Below are positions 47,954 through 56,325 of a DNA stretch of 64,000 nt, in pieces (within the stretch, counting starts at the first letter, position 1; each line of letters starts with the position of its first letter). Where the stretch lies: IMG/VR virus record IMGVR_UViG_3300027996_002186, positions 124,001-188,000 of that record; one strand, written 5' to 3'. The notes beneath the pieces were generated by a model. The model was not told the DNA's origin and did not search any database. It was given only the letters and a program-made list of their open reading frames with translations. A program made the position numbers and the translations under genes.

Positions 47954-49492
47954 ATGTTAGTCGAAACTCAATATTTAACACATAGTAAAAAATTAGTAGT
48001 AAGTTACGTTGATAAGACGGGCGATATAAAATTAAAATATTATAATTGGGATAATCCAATGAAATATGTTTCTTGTGAAGATACTGATAAGCAAAAGCAT
48101 CCAAAGTTTAAATCTTGGGATGGTAAGAATGTTAAGCAAATAGAGGTTAATCACCCAGATAGATATGCTGTTTATGAATTCTTAGATGGTTTACCAGAGA
48201 GTGAGAGAGAAGAAATATTCGAATTTAATTTACCTAAAATATACTTTATTGATATTGAGACAGAAATTGTTGATGGCTTTCCAGAAGCTGCTGATATTTA
48301 TAAGGAGGATGCTGATGGTAATAATATCCTTATAAAGGAGGGAGCTTGTACTAGAGTATTATCTATATCGATAGTTTATGATGATAAAATCATTCTATTG
48401 GGATTAAAGGATATGCCGGAAGATATGCAGGAAAGAATAATAACAAATACCAATGAATATTTCAAAGATGTTGGTGGTGTAGAGTATAAATTTAAGTATG
48501 TCAAATATGAAGATGAGTTTGATATGTTATATGCTTTCTTTCATAAGATGGTTCCTAAGATGCCACTACTAACTGGTTGGAATTTCCTTAAATATGATTG
48601 GTTGTATTTAGTTAACCGTTGTAAAAAGATATCAAAATGGGTAAATGGTAAAGAATATACCATAAATCCAAATGTTTCATCTTTAACAAAAAGATTAAAT
48701 AAGAAATGGGGTACTGAATATGAAGTTCCTGCTCATAGGATGATTTTTGATTATATGCAGTTGTATGAGATATGTGATACATCTATTAAAGTAAAGGAAT
48801 CATCATCTTTAGATTTCGTTTCGAGTAAATTAGTTGGTGTTGAAAAGATTAAATACACTGGGTCGTTACAGAAGCTATATGAGGATGACTTTGAAACATT
48901 TATGTATTATAATGCTGTCGATTCTGTATTGGTACAAAAAATACATGATTCAAGAAATTATATCTCTATTATTTATGCGATTTCTTCATTGTCTAAAATC
49001 AGAATAGTTGATGTTGTTTCTCAAATGAATAATGCTCTTGGTTCATTAGCTATTACAGAAGGCGTTTTGAGAAACAGATTTCGTGAAATGGATAACATAG
49101 TATTATTCAAAGAAGAAAAGGGTGATGCTGAATCCACAATCGCCGGCGGATGGGTTAAGGATCCTGTCGTGGGTATGAATGAGTGGGTTGTGTGTTACGA
49201 TTTTGCTTCCTTGTATCCAACTACACAAAGGCAATTTTATATATCACCAGAGAACTTTGTGGGTATCCAAGATAAAGAGGATAAGGCTAAGTGTGCTAAT
49301 GGTAGACCGATTGAAGATAATATGGTCGTCTGTGTAAACGGTAGTGTTTTTGAAAAAAGATTATCACCTACACTTAGGATGTTGGAGGATGTTTATGGTG
49401 ATAGAAAGAAGAATAAGAAAATAATGATGGTTAAGAAAGAAGAACGTAAAGATATTCTTGATCAAATAGCTGAATTAGAAGGAGAGATATAA
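47954..49492 (+). CDS. gp43: Family B DNA polymerase, N-terminal subunit (3'-5' exonuclease plus motif A); split gp43A-like
   Basis: FIDIETE, TGWNFLKYDW.Y, YNAVD, YDFASLYP; ends before KxxxNSxYG and YGDTDS. Confidence 0.88.
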   Translation: MLVETQYLTHSKKLVVSYVDKTGDIKLKYYNWDNPMKYVSCEDTDKQKHPKFKSWDGKNVKQIEVNHPDRYAVYEFLDGLPESEREEIFEFNLPKIYFIDIETEIVDGFPEAADIYKEDADGNNILIKEGACTRVLSISIVYDDKIILLGLKDMPEDMQERIITNTNEYFKDVGGVEYKFKYVKYEDEFDMLYAFFHKMVPKMPLLTGWNFLKYDWLYLVNRCKKISKWVNGKEYTINPNVSSLTKRLNKKWGTEYEVPAHRMIFDYMQLYEICDTSIKVKESSSLDFVSSKLVGVEKIKYTGSLQKLYEDDFETFMYYNAVDSVLVQKIHDSRNYISIIYAISSLSKIRIVDVVSQMNNALGSLAITEGVLRNRFREMDNIVLFKEEKGDAESTIAGGWVKDPVVGMNEWVVCYDFASLYPTTQRQFYISPENFVGIQDKEDKAKCANGRPIEDNMVVCVNGSVFEKRLSPTLRMLEDVYGDRKKNKKIMMVKKEERKDILDQIAELEGEI

Positions 49493-49496
49493 TTAA

Positions 49497-50135
49497 TTAC
49501 TTGACCTTAATAGGTTCCCAATTTAAATTTGGAAGTCTTTCTTTTATAACCTTAGTTGCTTTTCTTAAAAATTTTGAATTATCATCATAGAATATAACTT
49601 TATTAACACCAGTTTCTTTAACAAGTTCAACTATTTTGTGACCTTTCCACTCACCCGCATTTTTTATTCTGGTTGGTAACATATGTAATCCATATTTTGG
49701 ATATTCAATTCCTAACTTTGATAAAACGGATATTAACTTTTCTTTTATTACTTCTGGTCTAGCTGTTACTATACATTTATTATCCACCTTATTATATAGG
49801 TCAATTAGTGGTTTTAATTCTGTTGGTAAACTCTCATCTGTTTGTGAAAATATATTTGGAGTTACTAGATATAATCTAGATTTTTTTCTAACCCAGTTTC
49901 CAAATTCTTTATATCTATATGTTGGGTCGTCAAGATATATGCGACCATTTTCCCATTTTAAATCTTCGATTTTACAACCTGATCTTCTAATAGAAATATC
50001 TAATAGGTCTTTGACTGAATAACTCTCCTTTAAGTATTTTAGAGCTAGTTCCTCAAAACTAGGAGTCTCTACTAATGTATCATCAAAATCAAATACATAT
50101 AAGGTATCATATTCTTCAAATCTGTTAATCCTCAT
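49497..50135 (-). CDS. HAD-superfamily phosphatase (RNA-repair-associated type), CTS-like N-terminus
   Basis: VFDFDDTL, IVTAR, FYDDN; MRINRFEE. Confidence 0.75.
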   Translation of the reverse strand: MRINRFEEYDTLYVFDFDDTLVETPSFEELALKYLKESYSVKDLLDISIRRSGCKIEDLKWENGRIYLDDPTYRYKEFGNWVRKKSRLYLVTPNIFSQTDESLPTELKPLIDLYNKVDNKCIVTARPEVIKEKLISVLSKLGIEYPKYGLHMLPTRIKNAGEWKGHKIVELVKETGVNKVIFYDDNSKFLRKATKVIKERLPNLNWEPIKVK

Positions 50136-50304
50136 AAAGAACTTCGTTAATTATATCCGAAAGCATATCACCAAACATAAATATACATTTATTATAAACG
50201 ATTTTATCATCAGTCTCTCCTAGACCAATCAAATTTTCGATATATATTTCAATGTCTTCTTTTGTTGTGTAAGTTCCGAATTCGTCATAAAAGTGCGGTA
50301 TCAT
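50125..50304 (-). CDS. 59-aa hypothetical protein missed by the ORF track (MIPHFYDEFG...VLYED)
   Basis: Hand translation; overlaps the HAD start by 11 nt. Confidence 0.6.
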   Translation of the reverse strand: MIPHFYDEFGTYTTKEDIEIYIENLIGLGETDDKIVYNKCIFMFGDMLSDIINEVLYED

Positions 50305-50361
50305 AAAATATTTAGGTGTTTTCTTATATATTTATATTACTTCTTAAAAAAGTACATTTTA

Positions 50362-50388
50362 CAACTAAAGTCTAAAAAAAGATATAAT
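50362..50388 (+). promoter_or_regulatory. Putative middle promoter variant CAAC-N17-TATAAT
   Basis: Upstream of ATG 50410. Confidence 0.4.
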
Positions 50389-50409
50389 TTTTATAAAATA
50401 AATTATTCT

Positions 50410-52077
50410 ATGTCTCTAAAAAAAGATTTATCCAAATACAAACCTAGAAAAGAACAACAAGAAGCTTTAGAATTTATTGATGGTCAATTCAATGCTGATC
50501 CTCTAAAGAAATTCTTTCTACTTAATTTACCAGTTGGGACCGGTAAAAGTCACTTAGCTTTGATGATATCAGAATGGTATCGAAAAAATGTTAACCGAAC
50601 AGCTAGAGTTGATATTATAACTAACAGTAAAATATTACAAGATCAATATGCTGATACTTATAAATCAATATCCGATTTAAAGGGTAAAGATAATTATGAG
50701 TGTGAGCAATACTCTTGTTCTTGTGCTCAAGGTGCTGAGTTTAATAAACTTAATAAGACTACTTGTGATTCTTGTCCATATTCAAATTCTAGAGAATCTT
50801 ATATGGCTGGGGGTATTTCATTGACAAATTTCTATCTTTATATATTATACGCTATGTATAATCCTAAGATGATGGAGAATAGAGGGGCTAGGGTATTGGT
50901 GGTCGATGAAGCTCATGATTTTGATGATGTTATGTCTGATTTTGTTTCTATTAGAATGACAGAGGGTATAATTAAGAAATTTATGTTTAGTGACGAAAAG
51001 AATCTTATTAAGAAATTAAAAGCTGTTCGTAACATAGAACAGTATGTTTCATATCTTAGAATATTAAATAGTGAGATACTATCAACTGTTGAGAGTATGG
51101 AAAAGGGAATTGGTTCTAAGAGTAGAAATGTTCGAGAAGATAAGAGAGATCTTAAATTAAGTAAGTTATTTAAATCTAAAAATTCGGATGTTAAGGTAAT
51201 GCAATTAGTTAATGATTTGAGACAGTATCAAGTCAAGATAGAACTTTTCTTAAAAGAGTTCAAGGAGAATCCAAATAACTGGGTGCTTGAATCTAGATAT
51301 AATGAAAAGTTAAGGCAAAAAGAGTTATCATTAGAGCCTATTTGGGCTTATGACTACTTAGATAAGTATGTATTTAGTAATTATGATATGGTTTTTCTTA
51401 TGTCTGGTACTATTTTGGATAAGAATTTATTCTGTCAGTTGAATGGTTTAGATATTAAGAAAGCAGCTTATTACTCAATTGAGTCTCCATTTCCATTAAA
51501 GAATAGACCACTATATTATATGCCTCTTGGTAAGATGTCATATAAGAGTAAAGAGGAAACATTCAAAAGATATATTCCATATATTAAGAAGTTATTGAGT
51601 AAGTATGAGGGTAAGAAAGGTATTATACACACCAATTCATTTGAATTAGCTAATTGGATACAGAAATCAATAAAGGATCCAAGATTGGTTTACCATGATT
51701 CATCCAATAAAGATGAAGTTCTAAAGATGCATTTTGAGAGTGATGAACCAACAGTTATTGTTAGTCCAAGTATGGGTACTGGTGTTTCGTTTGATGATGA
51801 AAGAGCTAGATTTCAAATAATCGCTAAGGTTCCTTATCCTAGTTTAGCTTCTCAGAAGAATAAATTGAGACAAAGTAATAACCCGGATTGGTATGCTTGG
51901 AAGACGGTTTCTGGTATAATACAGATGAGTGGTAGAGCAGTTAGGTCAAATACTGACTACTGTGATACGATTATAATCGATGGTTCTTTTGGTGATGTTA
52001 TTAAACATAGTTCACACTTCTTACCACAATGGGTACAAAGTGCGGTCAAACGTATTAATATAAAAATAGAAGCCTAA
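50410..52077 (+). CDS. DinG/XPD-like SF2 helicase
   Basis: LPVGTGKS, DEAH, MSGTI, IIAKVPYP, QMSGRAVRS..D; likely start MSLKK at 50410. Confidence 0.85.
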   Translation: MSLKKDLSKYKPRKEQQEALEFIDGQFNADPLKKFFLLNLPVGTGKSHLALMISEWYRKNVNRTARVDIITNSKILQDQYADTYKSISDLKGKDNYECEQYSCSCAQGAEFNKLNKTTCDSCPYSNSRESYMAGGISLTNFYLYILYAMYNPKMMENRGARVLVVDEAHDFDDVMSDFVSIRMTEGIIKKFMFSDEKNLIKKLKAVRNIEQYVSYLRILNSEILSTVESMEKGIGSKSRNVREDKRDLKLSKLFKSKNSDVKVMQLVNDLRQYQVKIELFLKEFKENPNNWVLESRYNEKLRQKELSLEPIWAYDYLDKYVFSNYDMVFLMSGTILDKNLFCQLNGLDIKKAAYYSIESPFPLKNRPLYYMPLGKMSYKSKEETFKRYIPYIKKLLSKYEGKKGIIHTNSFELANWIQKSIKDPRLVYHDSSNKDEVLKMHFESDEPTVIVSPSMGTGVSFDDERARFQIIAKVPYPSLASQKNKLRQSNNPDWYAWKTVSGIIQMSGRAVRSNTDYCDTIIIDGSFGDVIKHSSHFLPQWVQSAVKRINIKIEA

Positions 52078-52106
52078 AAAAAGAGACTCGATTGAGTCTC
52101 TTTTTT
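52077..52106. terminator. Bidirectional intrinsic terminator
   Basis: aaaaaagagactc/gagtctctttttt. Confidence 0.85.
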
Positions 52107-52124
52107 GTTTTATATATCTGTTAA

Positions 52125-52466
52125 TTATTTCTTTTCTATTGTTACTTCATAATAAGTACCATTTCTACCACCTACACTAAGTACTGGAAATTTCTCTTTC
52201 ATTTCTTTGAGAATTTCCTCATCAAAAGGCATATATACATAAAAAGCTTCTTTACCATCATTTTTCCATCCATCTCCATTCCAAATGAATGCTGTTTTAT
52301 CTGACCCAGGATCACTTACACCCTTGAACTTTTTACCTAAATCATGACCCTCATTACCTGAGTTGATATCTTTAACTTCTAAATCATTGTTTTGTAAGAA
52401 GGATTTAGCCATGTCAATTTCTTTAGATTCTACACTTTCGTTAAATTTTAACCAATTCTTAATCAT
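52125..52466 (-). CDS. CTS-tagged small protein
   Basis: MIKNWLKFNE. Confidence 0.7.
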   Translation of the reverse strand: MIKNWLKFNESVESKEIDMAKSFLQNNDLEVKDINSGNEGHDLGKKFKGVSDPGSDKTAFIWNGDGWKNDGKEAFYVYMPFDEEILKEMKEKFPVLSVGGRNGTYYEVTIEKK

Positions 52467-52939
52467 TATTTCTTTTTCTTTTTAGCTAAGATTGCTTTTT
52501 GTAATCCAGCTGGAAGTTTCTTTTGACCCGCAGTTAATCCTTTGGTATCTACTTTATCTTCCTTCTTATCTTCCTTCTTATCTTTAGTATCTTTCTTACC
52601 TTTAACATCTTTCTTATCATCCTTATCAACATCTTTACCTTCTTTTTTCTTACCTTTTTGTTTATCTAAGTAAGCTTTTAACCCAGCGTTCATGCCTTTT
52701 TTCTCAACTACTTGTGATTCTTCGTCACCCCAGAGTCTTATTTTTCTTTGGTTTTCTTTTTCTTCTAAATCTTCTTCTTCTTCATCTGATACGGAACCTA
52801 ACTGTCCTTCAAAATCTTCAATACCTTCAACATCATCGATTAAATCTGTATTTTCTTCTTCCGGATTGATATCATCTTCATTATTAAATCTACCAAGATC
52901 TCTAGGATCGTAGTTTTCAAATTTCTTTAGGTATTTCAT
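52466..52939 (-). CDS. CTS-tagged protein: acidic N-half, Lys-rich C-half (possible DNA-binding internal protein)
   Basis: MKYLKKFEN; KKDxK repeats; KLPAGLQKAILAKK; TTAATATATA (minus) at 52963-52972. Confidence 0.7.
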   Translation of the reverse strand: MKYLKKFENYDPRDLGRFNNEDDINPEEENTDLIDDVEGIEDFEGQLGSVSDEEEEDLEEKENQRKIRLWGDEESQVVEKKGMNAGLKAYLDKQKGKKKEGKDVDKDDKKDVKGKKDTKDKKEDKKEDKVDTKGLTAGQKKLPAGLQKAILAKKKKK

Positions 52940-53074
52940 ATATGTTAATATTTTTTATAACTTATATATTAAATTATATAATGTAATTTCTTGATTTATC
53001 TTCTTTTGTTAATGTTTTTAAAAAAAAACATTTTATTTCACCTTTTTTCTAGGTGGTTTTTAATATATATTAAT

Positions 53075-53887
53075 ATGAATAGTATAAAGAGATATGGTGA
53101 ATATGTGAGTTTCGATGACATGGCCTTTGAGTTTGTTGACTCATTCCAAACGATGATAAAAGAGAATGATGAGTTGGATGATGATGGTGATTGGAAAACA
53201 CATTGGAAAAAATTTAAAAACGATTTAAAATTACACGGTGGTCTTATCGGTACATTTGGTGCTGGTATCGGTGCTTTCATACCCGTTGTTCAATCAATGA
53301 TGGGTAATATGAATATATCAACCGAGGTCACTCTTGAAATTTCTGTATTACTCACTATATGTTCATTGACTATAATTTATTTAGAAGAAAAGAAATTTAA
53401 AAATTATGAGGAAGAAGCTTTATTAACAAAAGATTCTAAATCTATGTTAGAAGAATTGAAGATGAGAGGTATTGGAAACGGCCTTGTTAAATTGGTTATC
53501 AAATCTTTTGAATCTGTGACTAATATATTTTCGGTTATTGGAAAACATTTAGGAGCTCTTGTTGGAGGTGTTATTGATATGTTTACTTATACAGCTTTAA
53601 TGATTCCTGTTATGAATGGTATATTGTATTTAATTGGTAAGTATGAACTTACTCCTGAAACAGTTATTCAAAATCTTATAGGCCTTGCTGCTGGTATAGG
53701 TACATTAGTTGCTAAACATGGCATAAATTATATAATTAATAAGATTAAAGGAAAATTCAAAATAGAAAAAGGTGATGTCCTTGATGAACTCGACACACCA
53801 AAAATCCAAAAATTTAATCTTTATGGATCCGATATCGATGATATGTTTGATGATATTGAACCTATAAACGATGAGAACTTAATTTAA
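53075..53887 (+). CDS. Membrane protein with CTS-like N-terminus
   Basis: Likely start MNSIKRYGEY, 5 nt after TTAATATATA; 4-5 hydrophobic helices. Confidence 0.65.
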   Translation: MNSIKRYGEYVSFDDMAFEFVDSFQTMIKENDELDDDGDWKTHWKKFKNDLKLHGGLIGTFGAGIGAFIPVVQSMMGNMNISTEVTLEISVLLTICSLTIIYLEEKKFKNYEEEALLTKDSKSMLEELKMRGIGNGLVKLVIKSFESVTNIFSVIGKHLGALVGGVIDMFTYTALMIPVMNGILYLIGKYELTPETVIQNLIGLAAGIGTLVAKHGINYIINKIKGKFKIEKGDVLDELDTPKIQKFNLYGSDIDDMFDDIEPINDENLI

Positions 53888-53903
53888 GATACTGGATTAT
53901 TAT

Positions 53904-53930
53904 AAACTTAGTTAGTTCATTTAATATAAT
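53904..53930 (+). promoter_or_regulatory. Putative middle promoter AAAC-N17-TATAAT
   Basis: Upstream of the replicative helicase. Confidence 0.55.
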
Positions 53931-53950
53931 ATTAAAATAAAAGATATTTA

Positions 53951-55285
53951 ATGACTACACCTCAATTAGAGAAAGTATATTTTAATTACGTTGTAAGCAA
54001 CAAGAAGTTTTTCGAGATCGTAAAACCGTTCTTCTTTAGGAATTCAGAAATCCAATTTGTTTATGGGGTAATTAGAAATTATATGTTAAGTGGTAAAGAC
54101 CCTGACATTCCAAGCCCAAGACAAATATTAGATATGGTTTCTTTAGAAGATAAAGAAGGTAATATCACGAAAGATATTTTAAAATCAATACTAAAAGTAG
54201 ATCTTAAAGAATATGATGAGAAGAATTTCATCGAACCTAATTTTAATGGTTGGGTACTTTCTAATAGGTTGAAAACTGGTACTGTTGATATAATAGATGA
54301 GACAAGAGGTCTTGATAATATATCTGATTTTGATAAAGCGATTGAAGCAGCAAATAGAATAAAATGTATAGTTGATGATATGTCAAGTTTAAATTTTATT
54401 CAAGATGATGATTTAGGATCCGATTTTGATGATGCTGAAAATCACATACAAGATTCTTCCAAATTTAAAGTTAAATGTGGATTTGAGACAATTGATCATA
54501 TGCTTGGTGGTGGATGGGACATTCAAACACTAAATGTGATAATGGCTGAAACTAATGGTGGTAAATCACTATGGATGCAAAATTTTGCTGTTCATTCCGC
54601 TAATATGGGTTCTAACGTCCTATATATAACTATGGAAATGAGTGAGCGAAAAGTTATGAAGAGACTTGGTGCTATGAGATTGAAGATTCCTATCAATGAT
54701 TATGATAATGTATCAAAGGATACTGATTTAATTAAAAAGAAAATAGCGGCTTTGAGTCAAACTGAGGGGGTTGGTGATATTTTTGAAAAGAGTGTCGGTA
54801 AAATTTATACTAAATTTTGGGCTGCTGGTACCGCGAACATTTCAGACTTTGATAACTATATTCAAAGATTGAAAGAAAAGAAAGGTATTAAGATAGACAT
54901 GATAGTTGTTGATTATATAACATTAATTGCTCCTATTAAAGGAATCGGATCTGATAACTTATACTCTAAAGGTAAACAATTAGCCGAGGGTCTGAGAGCA
55001 CTGGGAGCTAAATATATGTGTCCTGTTATCACCGGTGTTCAAGTAGCTAAAGATGCTTGGGGATCATCTGATATAACATTAGAGAGTGTTCCTGAGTCTA
55101 AGGCGATAGCCGAAACTGCTGATACATTCTTCGCTATTATCAGAACGGAAGAAATGAAAAGACAAAACCTTTATAGGTTTAAGTTATTAAAACAAAGAGA
55201 TGGTGATTTCTTAAAATCACAGATAAGGTTGAATTTGAATTCGACATATTTGACTCTTGAAAATGATCAATTTATCGATCAATAA
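53951..55285 (+). CDS. gp41: DnaB-like replicative helicase (T4 gp41-like)
   Basis: GFETID.MLGGG, MAETNGGKS, YITMEMSE, IVVDY, ITGVQ, ESKAIAETAD, KQRDG. Confidence 0.9.
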   Translation: MTTPQLEKVYFNYVVSNKKFFEIVKPFFFRNSEIQFVYGVIRNYMLSGKDPDIPSPRQILDMVSLEDKEGNITKDILKSILKVDLKEYDEKNFIEPNFNGWVLSNRLKTGTVDIIDETRGLDNISDFDKAIEAANRIKCIVDDMSSLNFIQDDDLGSDFDDAENHIQDSSKFKVKCGFETIDHMLGGGWDIQTLNVIMAETNGGKSLWMQNFAVHSANMGSNVLYITMEMSERKVMKRLGAMRLKIPINDYDNVSKDTDLIKKKIAALSQTEGVGDIFEKSVGKIYTKFWAAGTANISDFDNYIQRLKEKKGIKIDMIVVDYITLIAPIKGIGSDNLYSKGKQLAEGLRALGAKYMCPVITGVQVAKDAWGSSDITLESVPESKAIAETADTFFAIIRTEEMKRQNLYRFKLLKQRDGDFLKSQIRLNLNSTYLTLENDQFIDQ

Positions 55286-55300
55286 AAATGAAAAAAATCT

Positions 55301-56203
55301 ATGATTAAAAAGAAAGATGAAGAATTCGATGATGAGTTGAATGATGAAATAAATGATGATGATAAATTAGACATCGTTGAAGAGTCGGGTGATGCTGAAG
55401 AGTCGGGTGATGCTGAAGAGTCGGGTGATGCTGAAGAGTCGGGTGATGCTGAAGAGTCGGGTGATGCTGATAAGAAGAAAGAGGGAGATGTTCTTTTATC
55501 TAAACATAAAGAGGAAGGTAAACACGCATTGAAATATGACTCTATATTTAAGGGTAGTAAAAAAGAACCTTTAGCTGATGATGACTTTGATAGTTTTTCT
55601 GGATACTATCCAGATAGTATTGAGGTTGATAAATCATCACAATATCATTTTGAATCTATTGATAACGAGCAGTATGTTAGACAGAAGCAAGTTAAAGAAA
55701 GTGTTTATGATATTTTAAATGAACATACTAGTATAAATTTTTTGAATAATAGAAGAAAACCCTCTAAAGTTGATTTCAATAATTACTACGCTTTATTGAA
55801 ATCACATCTTAAAGAAGAGAGTTTTACCAATATTGAATTGTTCAATGAGTTGTCTGTTTATTTTTCAGATAATATATTTAATATGTTTAAGCTTTTAGAT
55901 AACGAATGGAGAAATTTGATATTAAAAGAACTTGAAGACCATATTGGCAAAAACAAAAAATCAAAAGATGTCATAAATCGTAATATTTATGAAGGAACTG
56001 AAATTGAATTCATGTGGGAAGATGAATTTGGTGATGATAAAGTAATAACAGGAGTTGTGTTGGAAACAGATTATGAAAATTCATGTTACAAGATAGATTC
56101 TTATGAAAATATTTTCACGATTGAGCTAGATCAGATAACACAAATTTTAAATAATAAATTCAAGTATAACTTAAATAAGTTAAACAACATAGACTTTTTG
56201 TAA
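55301..56203 (+). CDS. Acidic hypothetical protein with EESGDA repeats
   Basis: ORF directly after the helicase. Confidence 0.7.
   Translation: MIKKKDEEFDDELNDEINDDDKLDIVEESGDAEESGDAEESGDAEESGDAEESGDADKKKEGDVLLSKHKEEGKHALKYDSIFKGSKKEPLADDDFDSFSGYYPDSIEVDKSSQYHFESIDNEQYVRQKQVKESVYDILNEHTSINFLNNRRKPSKVDFNNYYALLKSHLKEESFTNIELFNELSVYFSDNIFNMFKLLDNEWRNLILKELEDHIGKNKKSKDVINRNIYEGTEIEFMWEDEFGDDKVITGVVLETDYENSCYKIDSYENIFTIELDQITQILNNKFKYNLNKLNNIDFL
55379..55468 (+). repeat. 5 perfect tandem copies of 18-nt GAAGAGTCGGGTGATGCT
   Basis: Read directly; in frame; no spacers. Confidence 0.95.
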
Positions 56204-56225
56204 AAATTTTTATAAAAAAAGATAA

Positions 56226-56252
56226 AAACTTTAATATAAAAAACCTTATAAA
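56226..56252 (+). promoter_or_regulatory. Putative middle promoter AAAC-N17-TATAAA
   Basis: Upstream of nrdA. Confidence 0.45.
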
Positions 56253-56325
56253 AATGAAATGTTGTACTTTTTAATGTAAGTAAAACATCAATATATAAAA
56301 AACAAAAAATAATTAATAAAAAGCA

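Noticed and set aside
50293-50409. N-terminal extension of the DinG-like ORF (similarly 52991-53074 and 11185-11244)
   Set aside because: Overlaps promoter regions or an opposite-strand gene and has atypical composition; downstream ATGs have proper leaders.
55379-55468. 18-nt perfect repeat as a CRISPR array or iterons
   Set aside because: No spacers; in frame within an ORF.
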